Positions 27,581 through 40,896 are shown, numbered from the whole stretch's first letter. The stretch is 63,917 bases of DNA, filler included, from Chiloscyllium plagiosum (GCF_004010195.1; 5 parts of one record of this genome joined end to end with filler, not necessarily neighbours in it); one strand, 5' to 3'. The notes: generated by a model from the sequence alone, not told the origin. Translations and numbers: made by a program.

Positions 27581-27831
27581 TCATGTTGGTGGATAGACTT
27601 TGAGGAGTAAGGTCAGTACTAACTGCAGGATTCCTAGCCACTGACACACTCTTCTAGCCACATTATTTATATAGCTAGTCCAATTCTGTTTCTAGTCAAC
27701 AGTAACTCCTATGATGTTGATAGTGGGGGCTTCAGTGATGGTAATGTCATTGAATGTCATGGGGCAATAGTTAGATTCTCTCTTGTAGATTGTCTTTGCC
27801 TGGCATTGTGTAGAGCAAATATTAATTACGA

Positions 27832-28155
27832 CTTGCAGGGAGGCAATTGCCTCATGGTATCATCACTAGACTATTAATCCAGAGACTCTGGTAATGTTCT
27901 GGGTACTTAGGTTCAAATCTTTTTATGATAGATGGTGGGTATTAAATTCAGTAATGTCTGGAATCAAGAGTCTAATAACGACCCTTATCAAGTGTTGGAA
28001 AACCCAACTGGTTCACTAATGTCCTTTAGGGATTATCTCGTCTGGCGTACCTGTGATTGCAGACTGTGATTGACTTTTAACTGCCTTCTGGGCAATTAAG
28101 GATGGGCAATAAATGCTGATCCAGCCAGTGACGCCTACATCCTGTAAATGAATTT
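27832..28155 (+). mobile_element. Second tRNA-derived SINE family (copies also near 25740-25890 +, 3835-4150 -, 43712-44010 -, 61020-61210 -)
   Basis: Head gggaggcaat..tggtatcatcactagactattaatccagag..ggttcaaatc. Tail gggcaattaaggatgggcaataaatgctg is shared with the LINE at 14580-14645. Confidence 0.75.
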
Positions 28156-28310
28156 TTTAACAAAAGTCTATCATTCTGAGCTTGTGTGTTGTTTAATTCT
28201 TGTTGTATTTGGACGCATATTCCTTCAGAAGGCATTGGTGCTGAATATTGTGTAATCATCAGCATCCCCATTTTTGATCTTAAAGGACTACAGTTTTCCA
28301 TTGGCTTTTT

Positions 28311-28790
28311 TTAGATTTAGATTACTTACAGTGTGGAAATGGACCCTTCGGCCCAACAAGTCCACACCGACCCTCCGAAGAGCAACCCACCCAGACCCAT
28401 TTCCCTACGTTTTTACCCCTGCACCTAACACTACAGGCAATTTAGCATGGCCAATTCACCTAACCTGCACATTTTTGGACTTGGGAGAAAACCGGAGCAC
28501 CCGGAGGAAACCCACGCAGACACGGGGAGAATGTGCAAACTCCATACAGACGGTTGCCTGAGGTTGAACCCAGGTCTCTGGCGCTGTGAGGCAGCAGTGC
28601 TAACCACTGTGCCACCATGCCGCCCATAATTAATGAAACTACCCAGACTCATTTCCCTCTGACTAATGCACCTAACACTTAGCAATTTAGTATGGCCAAT
28701 TCACCTGACCTGCACATCTTTGGATTATGGGCAGGGTTTGGCAGGGGGGCAGACATGGGAAGAATGTGCAAACTCCACATCACCTTGGAC
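28311..28790 (-). mobile_element. HE1-type SINE (28311-28625) plus a partial second copy
   Basis: Reverse complement of the same head, core and tail. Confidence 0.85.
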
Positions 28791-29311
28791 AGGCAAAATC
28801 CGAGGACAGGCAAAATCGACGTTTCGGGCAAAAGCCCTTCATCAGGAATAAAGGCAGAGAGCCTGAAGCGTGGAGAGATAAGCTAGAGGAGGGTGGGGGT
28901 GGGGAGAGACTAGCATAGAGTACAATAGGTCAGTGGGGGAGGAGATGAAGGTGATAGGTCAGGGAGGAGAGGGTGGAGTGGATAGGTGGAAAAGGAGCTG
29001 GGCAGGTCCGACAAGCCCGGACAAGTCAGGGGATCGTGTTGCTGGAGGTTAGAAACTAGGATGAGGGGGGGGAAGGGGAAAGGAGGAAACGGTTGAAATC
29101 CACATTGATGCCCTGGGGTGAAACACCTCAACCCCAGGGCATCAATGTGGATTTCAACACTTTCCTCATTTCCCCTTCCCCCACCTCATCCTAGCTTCTA
29201 ACCTCCAGAAACTCGATCCCCTGACCTGTCCGGACTTGTCCAACCTGCCCAGCTCCTTTTCCACCTATCCACTCCACCCTCTCCATCTCCTCCCCCACTC
29301 ACCCATTGTAC
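28790..29311. mobile_element. Inverted PLE 3' ends running into a gap
   Basis: Symmetry centre near 29123. Intact hammerhead on the minus strand near 28815-28849. Confidence 0.8.
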
Positions 29312-29411
29312 NNNNNNNNNNNNNNNNNNNNNNNNNNNNNNNNNNNNNNNNNNNNTTAATTAATTAANNNNNNNNNNNNNNNNNNNNNNNNNNNNNNNNN
29401 NNNNNNNNNNN

Positions 29412-30865
29412 CTTCTTGTACAGGTTACCTCTACCCCAAAAGAGATTCCAATGATTCAAAAATGTGAATCCTTCTCCCATACACCAACTCCTCAGCCATG
29501 CATTCATCTGCTCTATCCTCCTATTCCTGCCCTCACTAACTCATAGCACCGAGAGTAAACTACATATTGCTACTCTCGAGGAACTCCTTTTTAAATTCCT
29601 GCCTAACTCCCTTCAGAATCTCAACCTTTTCCCTTCCTGTGGCATTGGTTCCAATGTGGACAATGACCTCTTGCTGGCCCCTCTTCCCCTTTAGAACATT
29701 CTGCACCCTCTCTGAGACATCCTTGATCCTGGCACTAGGGAAACAACACACCATTCTGCTTTTTCTCTGGTGGCCACAGAAATGTCTGTCTGTACCTCGG
29801 ACTACAGAATTCCCTAACACAATTGATCTCTTGGAACCCGACGTACCCCTCATTGCATTCGAGCCAGTCTCAGTACCAGAAACTTAGCTGTTCGTGCTAC
29901 GTTCCCCTGTGAATCATTCACCCCTACATGTTCCAAAACAGCATAACTGTTTGAAATGGGTATAGCCACAGAAGACTCCTGCATTAACTGCCTACCTCTC
30001 TTACCTTTCTTGGAGTTAACCCATCTATGTGACTGTATCTGCGACTTTTCCCCCTTCCTATAACTGCCATCCATCACATACCATTGCTGTTGCAAATTCC
30101 TCATTGCCTCTAACTGTCTCTCCAACTGATCCAGTTGATCTGATAGGATTCGCAACCAACAGCATTTATTGCAGATATAATCCACAGTAACTCATGAACT
30201 CTCCTTAAGCTCCCACATATGACAGGAAGCACATATCACTCTACTAAAGGCCATTTTTGCTCCTTCACAATCTACAGATCCAGAAAATAACACAGTTGTA
30301 TTTCTCTACAAAACACTGCTCCAGGTTAAATTATTAGTTATGGTTTATATTTTAAATCTAATCAAGAGACGTGTCTCAAAAAACATATAATCAAGGAAGA
30401 ACCCACTCTACTCACTACTGCAGACTTTCTGCAGGCCACACTTAAAACTATTCACTTATCTGATTCTGTGCTGTGAGTTCACCCAAACAGTTCCTCCAAG
30501 ATCAGTTGTGAATTTCACAGTTTGTTAATTTTTCCAGACGCACTCAGATGTCCAGCGATCCATGAATTCAAACAGCAAAGGCAGCGACTATGCATGTACA
30601 CTGTGATGTCAGTGTCTTTCTCTCTCTCTCTCTCTCTCCCCTGCACTGACCTCATCATGTGCTTCCTTTGTCTGTTCTTCTCCCTTTTAAAAGTGCAGTT
30701 GTTTTGACTTTTCTCCCCAAATTTCCAAAACAATGCAACAGCATATAAAACAGTAATTGCTGCTCCTTGAATTCAAGGAAATCACGTCCAACACCTAAAA
30801 TACCTCAAAAAAGAAGTAGCTGTTACAGCCAGAAATTTTTCCCGTCCTCCATCTTGGATTACCTT
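29412..30865 (-). mobile_element. CR1 5' UTR and ORF1 (zinc-finger/leucine zipper and SGNH esterase-like), disrupted
   Basis: Encodes DYICNKCCWLRILSDQLDQLERQL and IVLGNSVVRGTDRHFCG...VCCFPSARIKDV...VHIGTN. Confidence 0.85.
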
Positions 30866-31034
30866 GAATCCTAAAATACAAGACTGAGAGTGACCTATGT
30901 GTCTACAAGTTGGTCTTGCCATCTGGAATAGGATCTTGGATGGATGAACTCCTAGTTATATACATGGAAAGTTTGTGATATCACATGCCACTCAGCCATA
31001 ACCAATTGCCACAGTCATTAGTCTTATACTCTTA

Positions 31035-32242
31035 GAGTCATAGAATCATACCACATAGAAACAGACCATTTGTTCCAACCAGTCCATGCTGAATATAATC
31101 CCAAACTAAACTAGTCCCACCTGACTGCTCCTGGCCCATATCCCTCCAAACCTTTCCTATTCTTGGATCTATCCAAATGTCTTTTAAATGTTGTAATTGT
31201 ATCCGCATCCACCACTTCATCAGGAAGTTCATTCCACACATGAACCACCTTCTGTGTAAAACATTTGCATCTCATGTCTTCTTAAAATTTCTCACCTCTC
31301 ATCTTAAAAATGTGCCCTCTCATCTTGAAATCTTCCATCCTAGGAAAAGACAACTCCCACCACCTCTATCTGAATCTCTTATTATTTAACAAGCTTCTAT
31401 AAGATCGCCTCTCAACCTCCTATGCTCCAGTGAAAAAAGTCCCAGCCTATTCAGCCTTTTTTTAATAACTCAAAGCTTCCATACCCAGCAACATCCTGGT
31501 AAATCTCTTCTGAACCCTTTCCAGCTTGATAATATCCTTCCTATAACTGGGTGATCAGAATTAGACAGGGTACTCCAGAAGAGGCCTCAATGTCCTTTAT
31601 AGCCTCAACATGACTTCCCAACTCTTGTATTCAAAGGACTGAGCAATGAAGGCAATCATCTATCTGTGACACAAACTTCAAAGAATTATGTACCTGCACT
31701 CCTAGGTCCCTCTGTTCTACATTACTACCCAAGCCCCTACCATTAATTGTAGAAGTGCCATCCTGTTTATTGTACCAAAGTATAATATCTCACATTTATC
31801 CAGATTGAACTCCATCTGCCATTTCTCAGCCCATTGACCCATTTGATCAAGATCCCTTTGTAATGTTAGAAAGCCTTCTTCCCTGTCTATTATGTCACCA
31901 ATTTTGGTGTCTCCGCAAACTTACGAACCATGCCTTCTATATTCTCATCCAAATCATTTATATAAATGGCAAACAAAAGAGGAATCAGAACTGATCCCTG
32001 TGGAACACCGCTGGTCACAGGCCTCTGGTCCAAAAAAGCAATCCTTCATTAATACTCTCTGTCTCTTGCCATTAAGCCAATTATGTGTCCAATTGGCACG
32101 CTCACCCTGAATCCCATATGACCTAACTTTACTAATTAGCTTACCATGCGGAACTCTGTCAAAGGCTTTATTAAAATCCAAATAAACAACATCTACTGCT
32201 CTGCCAGCATTAATATTTTTGGTAACTTCCTCAAAAAACTCA
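31035..32242 (-). mobile_element. CR1 ORF2 3' part
   Basis: Encodes DFNKAFDRVPHGKLISKV...NWLNGKRQRV, with a microsatellite tail. Confidence 0.88.
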
Positions 32243-32809
32243 GGGAAAACTTTTATTCTGACTTTGATGAAATCTGCACTGCTATCCCAAAATAATCACT
32301 TTAGGTCTGCCTAAATCTCCAATGTATGGTCAGGATCCGTTCAGAAAAGCAGTGGGAAAAGCTAGTGCAAATGACCATCTTCTGCTGCTGACAAAATGAA
32401 TTCAACACGGCCTCTTTATAATAAATAGCCTCTTTCTCCAGCAAGACAAATATAAAATGAAATTGATTTATCACAACAAATGTATGTAGACCAACATACA
32501 GAGGTATAAACTTAGTTTTTTTTAAACTTTCTGTTAATCTCACAGATTCACTACCCTTTGAGGGTATGAATTCCTCTCTATCTTAAAATAGTGATCCCTT
32601 ATTCTGAGATTATGCCCTGTGGTCCCAGACTCTTCTGTCAAATTGCCTAAGAATCTTTTATGTTTCAATAAGGTCTCCTCTCATTCTTCTAGACTACACT
32701 GAAGATGAAGATCTCTGTAACTGGGAGAATCTTGCTACCAATAGTTCTAAATGGTGATGACTTACTCAACAAGTGGCTTTGTATTCTGTGTCCATTCTCC
32801 TTTGAGTCT

Positions 32810-33130
32810 AAAGCATAGAGATGTCTAGTGCAGAAGCATACTCTTCAATCCACCTCATCCATGCCGACCAGAAATGCTATATTAATCTAGTCCAATTTGC
32901 CAGCATTTGATCCATATTCCTCTAAATCCTTCCTAATTACATACCCATTCAGATATTGTTTAAATGTTGTAACTGTACCATTCTCCACCACTTCCTCTGG
33001 CAGCTCATTCCATACATGGACCACCCACTGCATGAAAAGGTTGCCCCTTAGATCCCTTTTAAATCTTTTCCTTCTCACCTTAAACCTATTCCCTCTAGTT
33101 TTGAACTCCTTTTGCTTGGGAAAAAGACCT
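32810..33130 (-). mobile_element. CR1 3' end
   Basis: Encodes FKRDLRGNLFMQWVVHVWNELPEEVV. Confidence 0.85.
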
Positions 33131-33828
33131 TAGGGCAGAATGCCAGCAGTGAAGGAAAGGAAAGAAAGCAAATCCTGTACTCCAGACAGCACTCTCTCAT
33201 GGGACAATGTACTGAAAACCCTGTGGGATAAGAATTGGCTTGATGAGTCTCATGAAGACTTAAGGAAGGATCTATCAACCCTGAATAGACATCACCCTCA
33301 AATTGAGGGACAGCCGACATCCATAGAGAAACATCACAGTTATCCCCAGTTTTTGTGACTGTTGTTGTTGCTAGCCATGATGGCTTCAGATTTCCTTCCA
33401 TTGTTAGGGAATACAACAATGCTGTAAACTTCCTTCTTGTCTGGTAGGTGTTTTTGAAAGACATATATTGGTGTTGTGGTTCTGTTCGCCGAGCTGGAAG
33501 TTTTTGTTGCAAACGTTTCGTCCCCTGGCTAGGCGACATCATCAGTGCTTGGGAGCCTCCTGCGAAGTGCTTCTTTGATGTTTCCTCCGGTGTTTATAGT
33601 GGTCTGTCCCTGCCGCTTCCGGTTGTCAGTTTCAGCTGTCCGCTGTAGTGGTTGGTATATTGGGTCCAGGTCGATGTGTTTGTTGATGGAGTTTGTGGAT
33701 GAATGCCATGCCTCTAGGAATTCCCTGGCTGTTCTCTGTCTGGCTTGCCCTATGATAGTAGTGTTGCCCCAGTCGAATTCATGTTGCTTGTTGTCTGCGT
33801 ATGTGGCTACTAAGGATAGCTGGTCATG

Positions 33829-34223
33829 CTAAATTACCCATAGTGCCCAGGGATGTGCAGGTTAGGGTGTATTGGTGATCCTAAATTACCCATAGTGCCC
33901 AGGGATGTGCAGGTTAGGGTGTATTGGTGATCCTAAATTACCCATAGTGCCCAGGGATGTGCAGGTTAGGGTGTATTGGTGATCCTAAATTACCCATAGT
34001 GCCCAGGGATGTGCAGGTTAGGGTGTATTGGTGATCCTAAATTACCCATAGTGCCCAGGGATGTGCAGGTTAGGGTGTATTGGTGATCCTAAATTACCCA
34101 TAGTGCCCAGGGATGTGCAGGTTAGGGTGTATTGGTGATCCTAAATTACCCATAGTGCCCAGGGATGTGCAGGTTAGGGTGTATTGGTGATCCTAAATTA
34201 CCCATAGTGCCCAGGGATGTGCA
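33829..34223 (+). repeat. 52-bp minisatellite, about 7.6 identical copies, HE1-SINE-like unit
   Basis: Unit ctaaattacccatagtgcccagggatgtgcaggttagggtgtattggtgatc starts at 33829, 33881 and so on to 34193. Confidence 0.95.
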
Positions 34224-34463
34224 TTTTTGCAGTTCTGGTGTACTGCAGTGTGTTGTGGCCCTTTTGAATAGTGTCTTGATGCACCTTCGTTTGTGTGTGT
34301 TGGGGTGGTTACTTTCATAGTTTAGGACTTGGTCTGTATGTGTGGCTTTCCTGTATACCCTTGTAGTGAATTCTCCGTTCGGTGTTCTCAACCGAACAAC
34401 CGGAAGCGGCAGGGACAGACCACCGGCGGAATCATCAAAGAAGCGCTCGCAGGAGGCTCCCAA

Positions 34464-34503
34464 GCGCTGATGATGTCGCCTAGCCAGGGGACGAAACGTT
34501 TGC
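34464..34503 (+). ncRNA. Minimal hammerhead ribozyme motif (mirror copy on minus near 33518-33548)
   Basis: GCG-CTGATGA-T-GTCgCCT agcc AGGgGAC-GAA-ACGT-T-TGC. Confidence 0.72.
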
Positions 34504-37158
34504 AACAAAAACTTCCAGCTCGGCGAACAGAACCGCAACAACGAGCACGCGAGCTACAAATCTTCGCACAAACTTTGAACATATATTGGTGATCTGGATG
34601 TGGACCTTTACTTTGTGTTGATTTACAGGAATGTCAATATCGTGCTCAAGTCATTCGATCTTCAATCATCAGTTGTGACTGTTCTTCAATGTCCAGTGTG
34701 ATCGTGATTGTTTACAGCTTATTCTTCTGGTTCAATCAATCCTCAATCCAGGAAACACATTTCCATCCATTCTACATTATACTGGATGCTGTGCAATTCA
34801 TGAGCAGGCGTTGAACATTTTCTTGATGGATTATTTCCTTTAAAAATAATGGAACCTTTACTGGTTTTCCTTTTACATGCATGATATTTCCACAGGCTTG
34901 CCTTTTTGTTTATTAGGCTTTCTTCACCACAGGCTGCAGTTTTGTTTTTAGATGTTCTATTTTCCATAGGCTGTTTTTAAAGTGTTCCTGCAGCCACACC
35001 TTCTCCAATAGCTACGTGGGGATATTGCCCTACTTTCAGAATAGGTCCTACTCACAAAATGAGTTAACACAGGAATCCATCAACAGCAATGGGGGCGCAT
35101 TGTTTTCACTAATTTCTGGGCTGCCACTTGAACATTTGACCACACTGTTTGGATGGCTATTCAGCTTGCTCCTTGAAGTCTAATCTGACTGATGCCCTAG
35201 TACTCACCCAGCACTTCAATCTCTTGGGAACTTCACTTAAAATCTCTCAAAGGGAGTTCAGAAGATCTTTTTCCCTTTAAAGATACCTGAAAGAATTCTG
35301 AAGCAATATTGGGTCATGTTATTTCTCAGAGCGACCAGTTGAAACAGGTGTTAAGACCTTGACTTCTTGAACGGCCTCTCAGATAAATGAGGCTGTACTG
35401 AGCAAAACAGATATTGGGCCTGCTGTGCTCAGCCTTTCCAGGTGTACAGAAAACTTAAAACAAAAGCAGAAATTTCAGGAGAAACTCAGCATGTCTGGAG
35501 CATCTGTGGAGAGAAAGCAGAATTAACAGTTCAGATCCAGTGACGCTTGTTCAGGACTTCAGAAAACCCATCACATTGTCCCCACTAAGAAATTAGGTAA
35601 AATGTTTAAGAAGTTTCAGTTGGAGACTAGTGGAACAAGACTGTTTCTCTGGCTCAAAAATACTCCTAGGCCCACAGTTGTCCCATTTTTCTCCCATTCC
35701 AGATTCTACCGTCTGGGCTTCTAACAGCCTAACATTCATGTTTATAAAACTGATAAAGTGTCTTTGGAATCCCAAGAGGCTCAAAACTAGTCTAAATGAA
35801 TTCCTTCCTCTGAACATGTGTGCTAACCTTTTTCAAAATTAAGCTGGCCTCAATATACATATATTATATTTATGCTTTATTTGTATCTTTTTTGGGTGTG
35901 TATTAAATAATTCATGAGTGGAGAGTAACTCCAGGACAAGAGAGAATGTGTTGGAGTTTCTTGCTATCCTTTTGAAGAACTGCATCACAAATGCTAAATA
36001 CATTCATAGGGAAGCATGTGGAGGATGAAGTCACTTCAAATTATACTGTCAGCCTTTATGTGTTTGCTTAAAACCAACCCTTGCACAAATGAATATAATG
36101 ATGCTCTTGTGCTACAGCTGTTTATTGTGATAGCGCACAGCACAAAACAGTTAAAAGAATTAATTAGAACTCTAAAATGGGTTTGCAACAAATCCATTTT
36201 GTTCTGTGACAAAGCACCATGATTGGTATTACTGCCGTTTCCCTGGTTGCTGTGGCCTTGCACACACCGTTACAAAGTTATTCCAATACAGTAGGCTGGG
36301 CGTATCCCATTCCTTGACCTTTAACACCATAGTCCATTAACTCAGAGCGAATAGAATATTAATGAGCTTTAAAAGTTTCCTTTCAATTTCACTCCCTATG
36401 GTTGATTTCTTTAAGGTTATCGCTACAAATGAAATTACTGAAATGTAACATTTGTACACAAGACTGACAAAGTGATATTATGGCAACTAATACCTTGATA
36501 TTGAGGCTTTGCACAGTAAAATATTTTGTCAGTTTGCATAGTATTAACAGTTCTATCAGTCTACCAACACTAAAATAAAACAATCTTAAAATGTCAAAAT
36601 GAGCATTTTTTTTTCAAAGATTTCAGCTTTTCTTCAAGTTTGTACCCATTTAAGCAATGTAAATCAAGGGCAGGATCGGAAAAGTAGTTTTGTTATTTTG
36701 TTACCTATTGTGTCTGTTGGCAATGCCACTGTTTTCTGGGCAGTCTGATGCAAATTAGGTGGAACTGTGCCATGGAGTCATACACCTCACTTATTCTATC
36801 TTGTCCACTTCATTTACTCACTGCTTTCTTAATTTGCACATTGAAGAGGAACATTGAGTGTTGATCAGAAAAGAATAAAAGAAAACCTAAGAAAATTAGC
36901 ATTTCTTTGATAGATTGCTGTTTGTTTTAAGAAATTTTGCAATGGACTGCCACTTTCCACATATTATGTCAGATTGGACATAATAGATTTCCCATTAGGA
37001 ATTCTCTAATGTTACAGTTCTTTGGAAGGTAGGAAGAACACAGACAATGCTGGGATGCTCAGGCATCCACATGTTCATTAGTAACCTCATTTCAGTACAT
37101 AAAAAGAGGGGAGGCACACACCTGCATTTATATGGAGGGCAATACTTACTGAAGCATT

Positions 37159-37306
37159 CTGGATTAGTGGTGCTGGAAAAGCACAGCAGTTCATGCAGCA
37201 TCCGAAGGGGATTTTACTGCTCCTCGGATGCTGCCGGAACTGCTGTGCTTTTCCAGCACCACTAATCCAGAATCTGGTTTCCAGCATCTGCAGTCATTGT
37301 TTTTAC
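37159..37306. mobile_element. Palindromic PLE mini-element lacking the ribozyme core
   Basis: Inverted arms. TSD cttac(t/a)gaagcatt at 37145-37158 and 37307-37320. Confidence 0.85.
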
Positions 37307-37649
37307 CTTACAGAAGCATTGCCTTACAAAGGAAGCCTTCAATAGTAACAAGGGCTATGAGCTAATCCACAGATTAAGTCTTACAAAAACAATGCACTAC
37401 AAGTGACTGACAAAGTCTTTATTTTGTTGCAATGATGTCATTCTGATTCTGCTAGTTATAACGCTACTATTTGTTAATCATCTGATCATAAATTCATTAA
37501 GTGAGTCACAAAGACATTGTCTGCTGAAGCAAACAATGCCATTTCTTTCCCAAAGGACAACAGCTAGCAGAATGGCAGGACACTGCAATTTTACAGGTGA
37601 CAGGACTCCTGAAGGTGAAAAAACTCACATATTGCCTGTGGTCCAACAT

Positions 37650-38370
37650 ACAACAGGGAAACAGACCCTTTGGTCCAACCAGTCCATGCCAAACATAATC
37701 CCAAACTAAACTAGTCCTACATCCCTCAAAAATCCTTCCTATTCATGCACTTTTTTTAGATTAGCTTCCCCACACGGTCCATACTGGCCCTCTGAAGAGT
37801 AACCCACCCAGGTCCATTCCCCTAGATTTACACCTGACACTAATGGGACAATTTAGCACGACCAATTCAACTGGCCTGCACATCTTTGGATTTGGGAGAA
37901 AACCCACACAGATAGTCACATGAGGCAGGGATCGAACCCAGGTCCCTGGCGCTGTGAGGCAGCAATGCTAACCACTGAGCCACCATGCCTCACTTATCCA
38001 AGTATCTTTTAAACATTGTAATTGTACCTGCATCCACCACTTGCTCAAGAAGTTCATTTCATACATGAGCCACCTTCTGTATTTAAACATTACCCCTCAT
38101 GTCTTTTTTAAATCTCTGTCCTCTCACATTAAATATGTGTCCACAAGTCTTGAAATCTCCCATCCTAGGGAAAAGGCAACAGCCATTAACTCTATCTATA
38201 CGCCTCATTATTTTATAAACTTCTATTAGGTCACCTCTCAACCTCCTACGTTCCAGTGAAAATAGTGCCAGTCCTTCCAGCCATTCTTTATAGCTCAAAC
38301 CTTCTATACCCAATAACACCTTGGTAAATCTCTTCTGAACCTTCTCCAGCTAAATAATATTCTTCCAATA
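37650..38370 (-). mobile_element. CR1 3' end
   Basis: Encodes LFSLERRRLRGDLIEVYKIM. Confidence 0.85.
37756..37990 (-). mobile_element. HE1-type SINE inside a CR1 3' end
   Basis: Same SINE motifs. The CR1 continues on both sides. Confidence 0.8.
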
Positions 38371-39050
38371 TTTATTAACCATCCCTGGTTCAAGATGGTG
38401 AATTGCACTCCTCAACCATGTAGTGCAGGGACATCCACAGTGCTCTTATAAGGGGAATTGCACTGATGGAAAAAGAATAGCAATATAGTTCCAGGACACT
38501 ATGTGCCTTGGAGAGGACTTTTCATTGGTAGTGTTCCACAGTCATGTTGCCCCTTGTCCTTCTAGGTCGTAGAGTTGATAGGTTTGGAAAGTGCTGTGAT
38601 AGCAGCCTTGGAGAGTTGATGCAATGCATTTTGTTGTTGGTATACACTATCATCATTGTCATCACTGTCATGCACTGATTTTGGAATGAGTTAATGTTTG
38701 AGGTGGTGTATGGGTTACCAATCAAGTAGGTTACTTTGTTCTGGATGGTGTTGACAATTTTGAGTGATGTTTGAGGTCAATTAGGTAAGTAAGGAGTAGT
38801 CCATTGTACTTCTAACTTGTCTGTTGTAGATGATGAATGGGCTTTGGGAAGTCAGGAAGTGATTCGCATATTACAGATTTCATAGTCTCAACTTTGTTCT
38901 TATAATACAGTATGTGGATGGTTGGTCCAGTCCAATTTCTGGTCAATTTTATCCTCCAGGATATGAATAATGGGTGATTCAATGATGGTAAGATCAAGGT
39001 GAGATGATGAGATCTACTCTTGGTGGAGATGGTACCTGGCACTTGTATAA

Positions 39051-39838
39051 TAGAGTCATAGAGTCATAGAGATGTACAGCATGGAAATGGACCCTTCGTC
39101 CAACTCGTCCATGCTGACCAGATATCCTAACCCAATCTAGTCCCACCTGCCAGCACCTGGCCCATATCCCTTCCTATACATATACCCATCCAGATGCCTT
39201 TTAAATGCTGTAATTGTACCAGCCTCCACCACTTCCTCTGGCAGCTCATTCCATTTGTGCACAATCTTCTGCATGAAAATGTTGCCCCTTAGGTCCCTTT
39301 TATATCTTTCCCCTCTCAGACTGAACCTATGCCCTCTAGTTCTGGACTCCCCCCACCCCAGGGAAAAGACCTTGTCTATTTATCCTATCCATGCCCCTCT
39401 TGATTTTATAAACCTTTATAAGGTCACCCCTCTGCCTCTGACGCTCCAGGGTAAACAGCCACAGCCTATTCAGCCTCTCCCTATAGCTCAAACTCTTCAT
39501 CCCTGGCAACATCCTTGTAAATCTTTTCTGAACCCTTTCAAGTTTCACAACATCTTTCCGATAGGAAGGAGACCAAAATTGCATGCAATATTCCAAAAGT
39601 GGCCTAACCAATGTCCTGTACAGCCACAACATGACCTCCCAACTCCTATACTCAATGCCCTGACCAATAAAGGAAAACATGCCATATGCTTTATTCACTA
39701 TCCTATCTATCTGTGACTCTACTATCAAGGAACTATGAGTCTGCACTTCAAGGTCTCTTTGTTCAACAACACTCCCAAGGACCTTACCATTCAGTGTACA
39801 AGTCCTGCCCTGATTTGCTTTTCCAAAATGCAGCACCT
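39051..39838 (-). mobile_element. CR1 3' end
   Basis: Encodes LYRTLVRPLLEYCMQFWSP. (CTCTATGA)n tail. Confidence 0.9.
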
Positions 39839-40272
39839 AAATGTGAATGTTTCCTGCAGAATTTAAGCCTGGGTGTTATCTTCGTTTCATTGTGTTTGGA
39901 CATGGACAACATGTATTTGAAGAGTTATGAGTGGCGCTGAACATTGTGCAATCATCACAGAATATCCTCACTCTAGCTTTATAATGGAGGGAAGGTTAAA
40001 TTTAAAATACTTTAACACTGACCTGTGTGTGTTAGTGACTGATGGCCTAATGAAAAACCCAGTAAGCTGTGAAGGTCAGAGTTTGAGACAACCATTAAAT
40101 GCTCCCGCAATTAAGGTTAAAAAAAAGACGCATAATAGCTCTTTCACCCGGAATGTTGCTAGCTAGCCACTGGCGGAAAAGATCAGAACAAAAGAATTTC
40201 AATCAACCCACAAAACACAGAATCTCAAAAATAAATTGTTCAATTATCAAAGTCAATACTGAAGTAAAACAA

Positions 40273-40582
40273 AGATTAGAATCCCTACAGTGTGGAAACA
40301 GGCCCTTTGACCCCACAAGTCCACACCAACCCTCCAAAGAATAACCCATCCCCTTACATTTACATCTGACTAATTCACCTAACCTATACATCCCTGAACA
40401 CTATGGACAACTTAGCATGGCCAATTCACCAAACCTGTACATCTTTGCACTGTGGGAGGAAACACATGCAGACATAGGGAAAATATGCAAACTCCATACA
40501 GACAGTTGCAGGAGATTGGATTCAACCCTGAGTCCTTGACACTGTGAGGTAGCAGGGCTAACCACTGAGCCACTATGCCACA
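40273..40582 (-). mobile_element. HE1-type SINE
   Basis: Same SINE motifs. Confidence 0.85.
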
Positions 40583-40879
40583 CTGTGGAAAAGGCTGCAA
40601 ATGCTGGAAATCTGAAGCAAACACCAAGTGTGGAGAAGCTCAGACAGAAATTGCTTGAAAAACTCATCAAGTCTGGCAGCTTCTGTGGAGACAAAGCAGA
40701 GTCAGAAAGCAGTCTTTAGATCTGCCACATCTGCTGAGTTTTCCCAGTAATTTCTGTGTTTGTTCCTAACCTATACAATCTGCCTTCATGCATCAGTCTT
40801 GCACATCTTGTTTACATTGCACGTGGGCATCTATTGCTGCCATTTATTTCCTTTGAATTTTAAAGATTCCAGCAAATGC

Positions 40880-40896
40880 AAATATTATATATATAT

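Larger units (their letters stand above)
33474..34578 (-). mobile_element. Poseidon-like PLE with inverted pLTRs (family D)
   Basis: Encodes TTRVYRKATHTDQVLNYESNHPNTHKRRCIKTLFKRATTHCS. Inverted pLTRs. 13-bp TSD acatatattggtg at 33461-33473 and 34579-34591. Confidence 0.88.

Noticed and set aside
33829..34223. CRISPR-like array
   Set aside because: Units are identical end to end with no unique spacers, there are no cas genes and the context is vertebrate.
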